NCBI GenBank assembly: GCA_040380025.1
Contig: JBEIJY010000029.1
Location: forward strand, 1 to 29,814
Source: Bdellovibrionales bacterium
Lineage (GTDB): Bacteria; Bdellovibrionota; UBA1018; CAIMNF01
Length of the DNA: 29,814 nt
Direction of reading: 5' to 3'
Each line of letters begins with the position of its first letter. Positions within the stretch are counted from its first letter, which is position 1. The notes below the pieces were generated by a model. It had not been told where the DNA came from and did not search any database. It saw only the letters and a program-made list of their open reading frames with translations. A program made the translations under genes and the position numbers. This document shows positions 1 through 9,178 of this stretch, in pieces.

Positions 1-25
1 CCATTCTTCTTTCTCCGGCCCAGAA

Positions 26-157
26 ATCATTGAAACCGTCACACTGAGGAAAGGGCCTTGGGAACATTCACTTCAGCCATGGACGGCGTGCGGAAGTGAA
101 AAGGCAGGATGCCTGTTGTTCTCAAGGCCCTTTTCTCAGTGTGACGATTTCAATGAT
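26..157. repeat. Long inverted repeat (41-bp arms 26-66 / 117-157, 3 mismatches) capped by two short hairpins (Y-shaped)
   Basis: ATCATTGAAACCGTCACACTGAGGAAAGGGCCTTGGGAACA versus the reverse complement of 117-157; inner stems TTCACTTC/GAAGTGAA (67-74/93-100) and AGGCA/TGCCT (102-114). Confidence 0.9.
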
Positions 158-180
158 GAATGGAATGGAAAAAAGAAAAA

Positions 181-256
<76 letters not shown>

Positions 257-276
257 ACTTTCAGGGAACGGTTGGA

Positions 277-305
277 AAACTAGACTGAAACCCCCGCCCG
301 GGCAA
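277..305 (-). promoter_or_regulatory. Putative sigma70-type promoter of tRNA-Pro
   Basis: TTGCCC-N17-TAGTTT about 20 nt upstream of the tRNA; an overlapping TTGACT lies just upstream. Confidence 0.45.
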
Positions 306-317
306 GTCAAAACGCAC

Positions 318-1928
318 TTACGCGACCTCGCCGCCCCCCGCGGCTCCTCCGCCCTCGCGACCGAGCTTCCGCTTGTCGAGGCCGTATTTCTCGACCTTCA
401 TGATCAGCCCCGCCCTCGAAATCCCGAGCTCCTTCGCGAGCTTGCTCTTGTTCCATTTTGTTCGCCGAAGGCCCTCTTTGATCATCGATTTCTCAAGCTC
501 CTCCATTGCATCCTTGAGCTTGCCCGCGAACTTCACGTTCACGCCCTTGCCCCCTCCGCCTGCGCCGGCCACGGCGTCGCGAATCGGCTGAGACAGGAGC
601 TCCGGACCGATCTTGGTCTCGGTTCCCGAAAGGACCACGAGGCGCTCGATCTCGTTCTCGAGCTGACGGATGTTCCCGGGCCAGTGGTAGTCGAAGATCT
701 TCTCCATGGTGCGCGAGGTGAGCGCCTTCAGGGGAATCTCTTTTTCTTTGCAGTTCTTCAAAAGAAAATGATCGACCAGGACCGGGATGTCCTCCCGGCG
801 GTCGCGGAGGCACGGAACCTGGATATTGATGACGTTGATCCGGTAGTACAAGTCCTCGCGGAATCCGCCTTCTTCGATCATGCGCTTCAGGTCGCGGTTG
901 GTGGCCGCAATCACGCGCACATCGACCTTGCGCTCCTCGGTCCCGCCGACCGGGGTCAGGGTTCCCTGCTGGAGGACACGCAGGAGCTTCACCTGCATGG
1001 CAAGGCTCATGTCGCCCACCTCATCCAAGAACAGCGTACCGTTGTGGGCCATCTCGAAGAGGCCTTTTTTGTCTTTGATCGCCCCGGTGAAGGAGCCCTT
1101 CACGTGTCCGAAGAGCTCCGAGTCGAGGAGCGTCTCGGTCAGGGCCGAGCAGTTCACGGTCACGAAATTCGCGGCTTTTCTCGGAGAATTGAAGTGCACC
1201 GAGCGGGCGATCAGCTCCTTCCCGGTTCCGTTCTCGCCCTGGATCAGCACGGTGGCCTCGGAGCTCGAGACCTTGTCGAGAATCGAGTACAGCTCCTGCA
1301 TGGGCTTCGATTTGCCGATCATCTGGTTGTAACTGTAGCGGTTCTCGAGCTGGTTCGAGAGGGCGTGGATCCGCGCCTCGCGCTTTGAGATCTCGGTGTG
1401 GAACGTGGTGATTTCTTGCGCCACGAGATCCACAAGCTCATAAAAATATTTCGCCTCCGCGCTGGCCAGGGGCTTCAGCTTCGCGACTGCCTCTCGAAAC
1501 AAATCGGAATCCATTTTATGGGCCTCGATGATCGAAGCGGCCTTTTCGAGCACGTCCGCGGGAGTCTGCCGGTCCAGATGACAGTAGGCCACGACGGCGC
1601 CAAGGTATTCGCCTTCCAAAAGGACTTTCGATGCGAAGAGCTTCTCGAAGCCGAGCGGCCCGTCGAGCACCCATTGCGAGTCGGAGTGCTGAGAGAAGCG
1701 ATCGGAGAGATCGCGCAAGAATCCCAAGAAGAGCTCCCGTCCCGGCTCCTTGGGCAGGAGATTCCCGCACAGGGCGTTTTTGAATTCCCGCTGACGGTCG
1801 TAGGGGTCGTAGTTCCGGACCACTCCCCGCTCATCCAAAAAGAACACCTCGGCATGGAACCACTGCCCGATGACTTGCAGGAGCTTCCGGATGACGTGAA
1901 TGTGCTTCAGCTCTTCCCAATTGATCAT
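318..1928 (-). CDS. Sigma-54-dependent Fis-family enhancer-binding protein with N-terminal sensory domain (PocR-like)
   Basis: Walker A GENGTGKE, DSELFGHVKGSFTGA loop, Walker B LFLDEV, FREDLYYRIN, WPGNIRQLEN and C-terminal Fis HTH (NKSKLAKELGISR); GAGGT SD; PocR call is by resemblance only. Confidence 0.93.
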   Translation of the reverse strand: MINWEELKHIHVIRKLLQVIGQWFHAEVFFLDERGVVRNYDPYDRQREFKNALCGNLLPKEPGRELFLGFLRDLSDRFSQHSDSQWVLDGPLGFEKLFASKVLLEGEYLGAVVAYCHLDRQTPADVLEKAASIIEAHKMDSDLFREAVAKLKPLASAEAKYFYELVDLVAQEITTFHTEISKREARIHALSNQLENRYSYNQMIGKSKPMQELYSILDKVSSSEATVLIQGENGTGKELIARSVHFNSPRKAANFVTVNCSALTETLLDSELFGHVKGSFTGAIKDKKGLFEMAHNGTLFLDEVGDMSLAMQVKLLRVLQQGTLTPVGGTEERKVDVRVIAATNRDLKRMIEEGGFREDLYYRINVINIQVPCLRDRREDIPVLVDHFLLKNCKEKEIPLKALTSRTMEKIFDYHWPGNIRQLENEIERLVVLSGTETKIGPELLSQPIRDAVAGAGGGGKGVNVKFAGKLKDAMEELEKSMIKEGLRRTKWNKSKLAKELGISRAGLIMKVEKYGLDKRKLGREGGGAAGGGEVA

Positions 1929-2030
1929 GATTTCGACCTCAAATTCGGTTTTACCAACCAGTGGTTTTACCAGCCTCTGTCGAACTCTTCGTCAGGATGC
2001 CGACCAAACTTTAGTCACAATCCAAACTGG

Positions 2031-2217
2031 CCCCTTTGAGTGTGCTTGATGATGGAGCGAGATCGGCCGAGGGAGTTGGAATGATTCGGCTTTTACCTCC
2101 GAGCCGCGTCGTGCGGCCTCGCTTTCGCGCGTCACGCGCTCGCGAGAGTCGGCAAAAACCGAATCATTCCAACTCCCTCGGCCGATCTCGCTCCCTGCGA
2201 AAACACAATCAAAGGGG
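2031..2217. repeat. Long imperfect inverted repeat (core 44-bp arms 2054-2097 / 2151-2194, 2 mismatches; outer 17-bp stem 2031-2047 / 2201-2217) capped by two hairpins
   Basis: GGAGCGAGATCGGCCGAGGGAGTTGGAATGATTCGGCTTTTACC versus the reverse complement of 2151-2194; head hairpins at 2100-2121 and 2122-2148. Confidence 0.9.
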
Positions 2218-2231
2218 GCAGCTTGAGGGTG

Positions 2232-2741
2232 TCAGCGGATCATCTTCTGAAAATACTCCGTCACTTCGGGCTGTTGCCACTTCCGGGCGCCCACCCACTT
2301 TTCGATCACCTTGCCATCCGGGCCCACAAAATACGTCTCGGGGTACTGGAACGACCCCATCGCCTCGGCCGCATCGCGGTCCCGGTCCATGGCCAAAAGA
2401 AAATTCGGGGGAAGGTTCCGCCCCCCCTCCGGAAACATGCTCTGGGCCTCTTCGATGGTGGGATCGAGGCTGACCGCCACCACTCGGAATGGCTTCTGAA
2501 ACGCCGCGTTCTTTGCGAACTCCACGAGATGGGGAATCTCCTCGGCGCAGGGTTCGCACCACTTCGCCCAAAAGTGCAAAAGATAATAGCTTCCCTTCAG
2601 CTTCTCGCGGTCGAAGTCCTCGACCTTCGCCATCGCGGCCGCGACGGGCGACGGTGGGTTCTCACGACGCTCCCGCACCACAAAGACTGTCAAAGCTCCG
2701 ACGGCGGCCAATAAAATCAGAAGAATCGGTTTTTTCGTCAT
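2232..2741 (-). CDS. TlpA/ResA-family membrane-anchored thiol-disulfide oxidoreductase
   Basis: N-terminal TM anchor, LHFWAKWCEPC active site, cis-Pro loop YPETYFVGPDG; ATG at 2741 preceded by GAGGTG SD. Confidence 0.9.
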   Translation of the reverse strand: MTKKPILLILLAAVGALTVFVVRERRENPPSPVAAAMAKVEDFDREKLKGSYYLLHFWAKWCEPCAEEIPHLVEFAKNAAFQKPFRVVAVSLDPTIEEAQSMFPEGGRNLPPNFLLAMDRDRDAAEAMGSFQYPETYFVGPDGKVIEKWVGARKWQQPEVTEYFQKMIR

Positions 2742-2752
2742 TTTTTCACCTC

Positions 2753-2782
2753 TTGTCGGTTTCAGGAAACCCAAAGTATCAT
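2753..2782 (+). promoter_or_regulatory. Putative promoter giving a leaderless HNH mRNA
   Basis: TTGTCG-N18-TATCAT-N6-ATG(2789), no SD. Confidence 0.5.
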
Positions 2783-2788
2783 AAAAGA

Positions 2789-3334
2789 ATGGAAGGTCGG
2801 GCCCTTCTTCTCAATGCATCTTTTCAGCCCATTCAAGTCATCTCATGGCAGAAGGCCATTCAGCTTTTCTTTTCGGGAAAGGTCGAGGTCGTCGAGAGCT
2901 CCGACCGGATGATCCGCTCGGTCTCGATCACGATCCCGATTCCGCGGGTGATCCGCCTGATCCGTTTCGTTCCCCTGAACTCGCGCAAAAAAAACAGCGT
3001 CGTGCGCTTCACCCGGAATCACGTGTTCCTGCGGGACCATCACACCTGCCAGTACTGCGGCCAAAAGCCCCCGACCCAGCACCTCACCATGGATCACGTC
3101 ACCCCGGTCGTAAAGGGCGGGAAAAAAACCTGGGACAACATCGTCACCGCCTGCCGGCCCTGCAATATCAAAAAAGGCGGAAGAACCCCCGAAGAAGCCG
3201 GAATGCGCCTGAAGCGCCCGCCCCGTGAGCCCGCCTGGCTTCCCTTCATCGGAATCGATTTCGATCTGAATGGAACCTCGGAATCGATCCGGATTCTGGT
3301 TCGCACCTATACAGGGGGCGGGGATTCAAGCTAA
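2789..3334 (+). CDS. HNH endonuclease (stand-alone McrA-like family)
   Basis: Family-typical start LLLNASFQPI; RDHHTCQYCG...LTMDHVTP..KGGKKTWDNIVTACRPCNIKKG zinc/HNH motif; real start MEGRA at 2789. Confidence 0.92.
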   Translation: MEGRALLLNASFQPIQVISWQKAIQLFFSGKVEVVESSDRMIRSVSITIPIPRVIRLIRFVPLNSRKKNSVVRFTRNHVFLRDHHTCQYCGQKPPTQHLTMDHVTPVVKGGKKTWDNIVTACRPCNIKKGGRTPEEAGMRLKRPPREPAWLPFIGIDFDLNGTSESIRILVRTYTGGGDSS

Positions 3335-3343
3335 GATCGGGAC

Positions 3344-4471
3344 GTGTCGCTCGAAGCAAATGCGCTTGGATTCTTGGCCTTTTATCTCAGTCCCTTCAGC
3401 AGCCGGAAGTCGATTGACCTCTTGAAGCTTCAACTGCTGAAGCGCTCGCGCAAGGTCAAAACAAAGGACCCCTTGCTCGCCGAAGCGGGACTCATTCGCG
3501 AGATCGTGCGGGTCCTCGTCAAGCGCCGAAAGGCCATCCTCGCCCACCTGAACCCGCTCGAACCCCATGAGCCCGCATTTTTGGAGCTGATCAAGCTTCC
3601 CCCCGAAGACGCCCTCTTGCTTTGCTCCGGAGCGATCTACCCGATCTCGCTTGATGCCCTCTCTCTGGCCCTGAAGACCCCGCGCGAAAGCCTCCTCTAC
3701 CGCAAGGAGCGGCTCGTAGCCCTCTTCGAATCGCAAAAGCTTCACCTCGAAGCCCTTCAGACCGATCCCGGAGCCCCGGGAACCCAGTCCCTGAAGGGTG
3801 GAATCCGTCCCCGGAACCGCGGGCTGTTCACCCGGTTTCAGACCCTTCCGATTCTGATCCGGTTTTCGATCGAGACCAGCCTCGTGCTCGGCATCCTCCT
3901 CGGACTTCTTTGGGTCGTTCCCGAAATCCGGAACCGCTACGAGGCGTCGATCGAGAAGAAGATCAACGAGTACCTGGTCGAAAGCGCCCTGACCGATGCG
4001 CCTCCGCCCGAGGGCACCTCGAGCCTTCCCCGTGAACCCATCACCGAAGGAGTGCCCGAAGAAGACGCGCCTGTCAATGATGTGGTCAAAAGCAGCAGTG
4101 AACCACCCTCGGCGAAGCGCCAGCCCCGCGTGAACGAGGGCGAGACGTGGAGATTTTCGTTCACCGGCGCGGCCACACCCGAAATCGAGTCGATGATTCT
4201 CGATTCGCTGAAGAGAATCGGGGTTGCCGGGGCCAAACCCCTCTCGGTACCGGGGGGAATCCAGTTCGACTTCAACCTCGAGACCGCGGCGGTTCTCGAC
4301 CTGAAGAGCCGCTTTGAAACCGCAATCGCCAGCTTGCAAAGGAAGGCGCCCGGGGCCCAGGCCACTCCGCTCGCCTATGCGAACATGAGCTGGTACAAAA
4401 AGAAGCACATGGGCACGCGCAAGATTCCGGCGGGGAATGTGCAGGTCATTGTTTGGATTTCGACGCTCTAA
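3344..4471 (+). CDS. Hypothetical single-pass membrane protein
   Basis: 375-aa ORF filling the gap before the terminator; central hydrophobic helix (SLVLGILLGLLWVV) followed by a Pro/Glu/Ser-rich linker and a C-terminal globular region. Confidence 0.75.
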   Translation: MSLEANALGFLAFYLSPFSSRKSIDLLKLQLLKRSRKVKTKDPLLAEAGLIREIVRVLVKRRKAILAHLNPLEPHEPAFLELIKLPPEDALLLCSGAIYPISLDALSLALKTPRESLLYRKERLVALFESQKLHLEALQTDPGAPGTQSLKGGIRPRNRGLFTRFQTLPILIRFSIETSLVLGILLGLLWVVPEIRNRYEASIEKKINEYLVESALTDAPPPEGTSSLPREPITEGVPEEDAPVNDVVKSSSEPPSAKRQPRVNEGETWRFSFTGAATPEIESMILDSLKRIGVAGAKPLSVPGGIQFDFNLETAAVLDLKSRFETAIASLQRKAPGAQATPLAYANMSWYKKKHMGTRKIPAGNVQVIVWISTL

Positions 4472-4510
4472 GCAAACTGCCTGCACTCAGAGCAACCAGA
4501 CATGACAAAT

Positions 4511-4541
4511 AAAAAAAGCCCCGGTGAACCACCGGGGCTTT
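4511..4541 (-). terminator. Intrinsic terminator after rplQ (probably bidirectional)
   Basis: AAAGCCCCGGTG-AAC-CACCGGGGCTTT stem; A7 run at 4511-4517 gives a U-tract on the minus strand; lies between convergent genes. Confidence 0.85.
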
Positions 4542-4566
4542 CTCGATCTTGAATTTCGATTCAGGC

Positions 4567-5175
4567 TTATTCAGCCGACTTCTTGGCGGCTTTTTTTGCA
4601 GGGGCCTTTTTGGTGGTCGCTGCTTTTTCGGCCTTCACTTTTGCAGGGGCGGCTTCTTTCGCGCCTTCCTTGCCCGCTTCTTTCTTCGCGGCTTTCTTCG
4701 AGCCCGAGAAGAGCTTGCGCATTTTTGCGAATGGATCGGTGGCTACCGATTCGCCCGCCTGACCTTCCGCGCCTTCCGCAGGAGCGGCTTTCGCCTTCTT
4801 CTTGCGGTCGATCTTCGGATGATCCACGAGCTCGATCATCGCCATCTTCGCAGCGTCACCGTAGCGACGCTCCGAGATCTTCACGATGCGGGTGTAACCG
4901 CCCGAGCGTCCCTCGTAGCGCTTCACCAGCTCGTCGAACAGCTTCGCCACCACACCGTCATCGCGGGTGCGGGCGAACGCCAAACGGCGGGCATTCAGAG
5001 TGTTGCGCTTGGCGAGAGTGATCAACTTCTCGGCAACTCGGCGAGCTTCTTTCGCCTTCTCGATGGTGGTCACAATTTGTTCCTGCTGGATCAGGCTGTT
5101 GGCCAGATTGGTCAGCATGGCAACCCTGTGCGAGGTGTTTCTGCCAAATTTTCTACCGTCTACTCCGTGTCTCAT
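4567..5175 (-). CDS. rplQ: 50S ribosomal protein L17 with long Lys/Ala-rich C-terminal extension
   Basis: MRHG...[30 protein letters not shown]; last gene of the alpha operon. Confidence 0.97.
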   Translation of the reverse strand: MRHGVDGRKFGRNTSHRVAMLTNLANSLIQQEQIVTTIEKAKEARRVAEKLITLAKRNTLNARRLAFARTRDDGVVAKLFDELVKRYEGRSGGYTRIVKISERRYGDAAKMAMIELVDHPKIDRKKKAKAAPAEGAEGQAGESVATDPFAKMRKLFSGSKKAAKKEAGKEGAKEAAPAKVKAEKAATTKKAPAKKAAKKSAE

Positions 5176-5221
5176 AAATTCACCTTTAAATTCACTCTAT
5201 CTCGCTGTTTCGAGATTCTGC

Positions 5222-6298
5222 TTACTCTTCGTCGTCGAACTGATCCGCATCGGCATCAGCACCTTCGAACTCGAGGTCTCCCGAATCCGACTCCACCGAC
5301 TCCACTGGCTTCGATCCGCCCGCCGGAGCGACAAACCCGTCGAGCTTCATGCCCAGGCTCAAGCCCATCTCGGTCAGGATCTCTTTGATCTCATTCAGAG
5401 ATTTACGGCCGAAATTCTTCGTCTTCAGCATCTCGGCTTCGGTACGCTGCACGAGCTCATAAATGTACCGGATGTTCGCGTTTTGGAGACAGTTCGCAGA
5501 CCGAACCGACAGTTCCAGCTCTTCGACCGAGCGATACAGGTTCGGGTTGAATGCAGAACCCTTCTCGGTCTGGATCTCGGCAACCGCTTCTGGCTCTTCT
5601 TCGAAGTTCAGAAACACCGAAAGCTGGTCTTTCAGGATCTTCGATCCCAGTGCAACCGCATCGTCCGGACGAACCGAGCCGTCAGTCCAAAGCTCGAGGG
5701 TGAGCTTATCGTAGTCGGTACGCTGACCGACCCGGCTCTGGGTCACGTTGTAATTCACGCGGCGGACCGGCGAAAAGAAACTATCAAGAGGAATCCAGCC
5801 AACGGGGAGATCGGCCGTCTTGTTGTTCTCGGCGGCGCGGTACCCGCGTCCCATTTCAACGCGAAGCTCGGCTTTGAAGTTCACCTTGCCCTCTACGGTA
5901 CAAATTTTGTGGTCCGGGTTCATCACTTCGACCTGATCAGAGCAAAGGATGTCCTTCGCGAACACTTCACCCTGGCCTTGGAAGTTGATATTCACCGTGG
6001 TTTTCTCGGTGTGAAGCTTGAACCGGATTTCCTTCAGGTTCAGGATGATTTCGACGACGTCCTCGCGAACGCCTTCGAGGGTCGAGAATTCATGAACTAC
6101 GCCATCAATCTTGATCGCCGTGATTGCGGCGCCCTGGAGCGACGACAACAGGACGCGACGCAGGGAGTTGCCGAGGGTGAGGCCGAATCCGCGCTCCAGA
6201 GGGCGAGCGATGAATTTGCCGTAGGCGTCGTTCAGTGTTTCCTTTTCAACGTCGAGGGCCTTCGGCTTGATCAGGTCTCTCCAGTTTCTTTCGATCAT
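5222..6298 (-). CDS. rpoA: RNA polymerase alpha subunit
   Basis: [45 protein letters not shown]. Confidence 0.99.
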   Translation of the reverse strand: MIERNWRDLIKPKALDVEKETLNDAYGKFIARPLERGFGLTLGNSLRRVLLSSLQGAAITAIKIDGVVHEFSTLEGVREDVVEIILNLKEIRFKLHTEKTTVNINFQGQGEVFAKDILCSDQVEVMNPDHKICTVEGKVNFKAELRVEMGRGYRAAENNKTADLPVGWIPLDSFFSPVRRVNYNVTQSRVGQRTDYDKLTLELWTDGSVRPDDAVALGSKILKDQLSVFLNFEEEPEAVAEIQTEKGSAFNPNLYRSVEELELSVRSANCLQNANIRYIYELVQRTEAEMLKTKNFGRKSLNEIKEILTEMGLSLGMKLDGFVAPAGGSKPVESVESDSGDLEFEGADADADQFDDEE

Positions 6299-6345
6299 AC
6301 TCTAGATTCTCCAGCTAAATGCTCAGGTTAAATGAAAAAGCAGGA

Positions 6346-6376
6346 AAACCCCGGGCTCCACCAGAGCCCAGGGTTT
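6346..6376 (-). terminator. Hairpin between rpsD and rpoA (possible weak terminator or processing site)
   Basis: 13-bp stem on the minus strand including one G-U (AAACCCTGGGCTC-TGGTG-GAGCCCGGGGTTT), followed by TCCTGCTTTTT. Confidence 0.45.
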
Positions 6377-6381
6377 GCAAA

Positions 6382-7008
6382 TTACTTGGAATACAATTCA
6401 ACGATCAGGCGCTCTTCGATCGGAGCGGTGACGTCATCGCGTGCAGGCAGATCGCGAACCTTGGCCTTCATGTCGGCTGGGCTCATCTCGATCCACTGGG
6501 GGATCTCACGGCGCTTGGAAGCTTCGATTGCCGCTTTGATCTGGATCGTGTTGTGGCTCTTCTCGCGAACGGCCACTTCATCGCCTTTGTTGATCTGGAG
6601 GGAAGGAATGTTCACGCGATTTCCGTTCACGGTGAAGTGTCCGTGACGAACGAGCTGACGGGCTTCTGCACGGCTGTTTGCAAAGCCTGCGCGGAAGACC
6701 ACGTTATCCAGACGACGCTCAAGCATCGAAAGGAAGGTCTCACCGGTGATTCCGCGAAGACGGTCCGCCTTGGCGAACAGGTTGCGGAACTGGCGCTCGA
6801 GAAGTCCGTACATACGACGGACCTTTTGCTTTTCACGAAGCTGGAGACCGAATTCGGAGAACTTGATCCGGCCCTGGCCGTGCTGCCCTGGCGGGTAAGC
6901 GCGACGCTCAAACGAGCACTTCTCGGTGAAGCAACGATCCCCTTTGAGGAAGAGCTTCTGGTTCTCACGACGACAAAAACGACAAACTGCACCACTATAA
7001 CGAGCCAT
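6382..7008 (-). CDS. rpsD: 30S ribosomal protein S4 (Cys-containing zinc-type N-terminus)
   Basis: CRFCRRE...KGDRC...[28 protein letters not shown]. Confidence 0.99.
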   Translation of the reverse strand: MARYSGAVCRFCRRENQKLFLKGDRCFTEKCSFERRAYPPGQHGQGRIKFSEFGLQLREKQKVRRMYGLLERQFRNLFAKADRLRGITGETFLSMLERRLDNVVFRAGFANSRAEARQLVRHGHFTVNGNRVNIPSLQINKGDEVAVREKSHNTIQIKAAIEASKRREIPQWIEMSPADMKAKVRDLPARDDVTAPIEERLIVELYSK

Positions 7009-7019
7009 GATAGTCTCCC

Positions 7020-7454
7020 TTAAACCCTTCTACGCTTCGGAGGACGGCATCCGTTATGCGGGATCGGAGTCGTATCCTCGATATAAGTTACCCGAAGGCC
7101 AGCCAGCGACATCGCACGAAGTGCGGATTCACGACCGGAACCGGGACCGCTCACGTAAACGCTGACACTGCGGAGGCCGAGGTCATACGCTTTGCGTGCA
7201 GCTTCTTCGCCTGCAACCTGCGCAGCGAACGGGGTGTTCTTGCGGGAACCGCGGAACCCTTTGTGTCCGGCGCTGGACCATGCGATCGCATTCCCCATCT
7301 GGTCGGTCAGGGTCACGATCGTATTGTTGAAGGTCGAAAGAACGAAAGCTTTGCCGGTGGAAACTCCCTTTTTGGAGGAAGATTGCTTCACGACTTTCTT
7401 TTCGGTTGCTTCAGACGCTGCTACTTCAGCTTTCTCTATTTTTTGATCACTCAT
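7020..7454 (-). CDS. rpsK: 30S ribosomal protein S11
   Basis: [37 protein letters not shown]. Confidence 0.99.
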   Translation of the reverse strand: MSDQKIEKAEVAASEATEKKVVKQSSSKKGVSTGKAFVLSTFNNTIVTLTDQMGNAIAWSSAGHKGFRGSRKNTPFAAQVAGEEAARKAYDLGLRSVSVYVSGPGSGRESALRAMSLAGLRVTYIEDTTPIPHNGCRPPKRRRV

Positions 7455-7475
7455 GATATTGATTCCAATTCCCGA

Positions 7476-7859
7476 TTACTTCATCGACTTGATGGACTTC
7501 TTACCGGCGATCGCAACAGCCGGACCTTTGCGGGTACGGGCATTCGAATGCGTGCGCTGGCCATGCACAGGGAGTCCTTTTTTGTGACGGACACCACGGT
7601 AGCATCCGAGATCCACCAGACGCTTGATGTTCATGCTGGTGTCCCGGCGCAGATCGCCTTCCACCTTGAGGTGCCGGTCGATGTATTCACGGATCTTGGC
7701 GACCTCCGCCTCGGTCAACTCTTCAATTTTCTTGTTCAAATCGATTTTTGCGGACTCAAGCATCTTTTTCGATGTGGAGCGGCCGATCCCCAGGATGTAG
7801 GTCAGTCCGATTTCCGCGCGTTTGTTTTTTGGCAAGTCGATTCCTGCTATACGAGCCAC
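7476..7859 (-). CDS. rpsM: 30S ribosomal protein S13
   Basis: [38 protein letters not shown] start. Confidence 0.99.
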   Translation of the reverse strand: MARIAGIDLPKNKRAEIGLTYILGIGRSTSKKMLESAKIDLNKKIEELTEAEVAKIREYIDRHLKVEGDLRRDTSMNIKRLVDLGCYRGVRHKKGLPVHGQRTHSNARTRKGPAVAIAGKKSIKSMK

Positions 7860-7913
7860 TGTATTACCCTTTCGTAATGATTCATTACTTTGCGATGTGA
7901 ATGTGGAATGAGT

Positions 7914-7942
7914 GTCTTATGCAGGCTGACCTGATAAGTCAA
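7914..7942 (-). promoter_or_regulatory. Putative alpha-operon promoter
   Basis: TTGACT-N17-TAAGAC in the rpmJ-rpsM spacer, the expected position for an alpha-operon promoter. Confidence 0.55.
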
Positions 7943-7984
7943 GCCCCAAAAAGAACTTTCCCGATGTTTCGAAAAAACCCTGAA

Positions 7985-8098
7985 TTATCCCTGTCTTTGC
8001 TTATGACGGGGATTCTCGCAGATGATCCGGACCACGCCCTTGCGGCGGACCACTTTGCACTTCATACAGATTTTCTTTACTGACGCCCTTACTTTCAT
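7985..8098 (-). CDS. rpmJ: 50S ribosomal protein L36 (zinc-ribbon type); absent from the ORF track
   Basis: Manual translation [45 protein letters not shown]. Confidence 0.98.
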   Translation of the reverse strand: MKVRASVKKICMKCKVVRRKGVVRIICENPRHKQRQG

Positions 8099-8160
8099 GT
8101 TTCTACTCCTCAGGCACCCTTTCCCGGGTGCTCATACTTCAACTGACTGTTCTCAAACCT

Positions 8161-8382
8161 TTATTTCGCCCGGTACGTGATTCTTCCCCTGCTCAGATCG
8201 TAGGGGGAGAGCTCCACTGTGACTTTGTCCCCGGGAAGAATCTTGATGTAAAACATCCGCATCTTCCCCGAGATGTGCGCCAGCACCTGGTGCCCGTTTT
8301 CGAGCTTCACTCGGAACATCGCATTCGGAAGGGGCTCGAGCACCACACCTTCCATCTGGATCGCATCTTCTTTTTCGCTCAT
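8161..8382 (-). CDS. infA: Translation initiation factor IF-1
   Basis: [34 protein letters not shown]. Confidence 0.99.
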   Translation of the reverse strand: MSEKEDAIQMEGVVLEPLPNAMFRVKLENGHQVLAHISGKMRMFYIKILPGDKVTVELSPYDLSRGRITYRAK

Positions 8383-8408
8383 CGGGTCTCCTAAAAACCG
8401 CGCAATTC

Positions 8409-9161
8409 TCAGTCAATCCTGGTCAGGATGTCAGCGCCTGATCCGGTGATCGCCACCGTGTGCTCGAAGTGGGCCGAAAGCCGCTTGTCGACCGTAATGG
8501 CCGTCCAACCGTCCGCCAACACCTTCACTTCAGGCTTTCCTGCGTTGATCATCGGCTCGATCGCCAGGACCATTCCCGGCTTCAAGACCATGCCTTTGCC
8601 GCGGACCCCGAAGTTCGGAACTTGGGGATCCTCGTGCAGGCTCTTGCCGATACCATGACCAACAAACTCCCTTACCACGCTATAACCATGCGTCTCAACA
8701 TAATTCTGAATCGCATGCCCGATATCGAACAGATTCGCGCCTGCGCGGACCTGTTCGATGCCGAGGTATAAACTCTTTTCAGTGATTTCGAGCAACTTCG
8801 AGGCTTCCTCGCTGATCCGGCCCACGGCAAAGGTCCGGGCCGAATCACCGAACCAGCCATCGAGGATCACACCGAAATCCACGCCGACGATGTCGCCTTC
8901 TTTCAGCACCCGCTTTTTCGAGGGAATGCCGTGCACGACCTCTTCATTGACCGACACGCACAGGGTCGCCGGAAACCCGTGATACCCCTTGAATGCGGGC
9001 TTCGCACCCAATTCCTTGGTGCGGGTCTGTGCGAACAGATCGAGATCCGCCGTGGTCGCACCCGGCTTCACGAGCTCTTCGATCTCGCGCAAGACCGTCG
9101 CGACGACCGCGCCGGCCTTTCTCATTTTCTCGATTTCTGCGGGAGATTTCAGCAACACCAC
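8409..9161 (-). CDS. map: Methionine aminopeptidase type I
   Basis: [39 protein letters not shown]. Confidence 0.98.
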   Translation of the reverse strand: MVLLKSPAEIEKMRKAGAVVATVLREIEELVKPGATTADLDLFAQTRTKELGAKPAFKGYHGFPATLCVSVNEEVVHGIPSKKRVLKEGDIVGVDFGVILDGWFGDSARTFAVGRISEEASKLLEITEKSLYLGIEQVRAGANLFDIGHAIQNYVETHGYSVVREFVGHGIGKSLHEDPQVPNFGVRGKGMVLKPGMVLAIEPMINAGKPEVKVLADGWTAITVDKRLSAHFEHTVAITGSGADILTRID

Positions 9162-9178
9162 GGGTTCGGATTCTTTCT

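Noticed and set aside
2031..2217. 6S RNA or SRP RNA identity for the long hairpins
   Set aside because: Size fits 6S, but the internal loop is only 6x6 nt, the stem is too perfect and the head is bifurcated; no SRP domain IV motif recognised. Not callable without a covariance-model search.
2036..2473. 145-aa ORF over the palindromic element
   Set aside because: Arg/Ser/Pro-rich, overlaps tlpA antisense, and has no SD or domain.
2489..2788. N-terminal 100 aa of the 281-aa HNH ORF
   Set aside because: Overlaps the divergent tlpA gene; family similarity starts at Met 2789.
2789..3334. HNH gene as a mobile homing endonuclease or IscB/Cas9-like nuclease
   Set aside because: Short stand-alone HNH with no RuvC motifs, intron context or adjacent repeat array.
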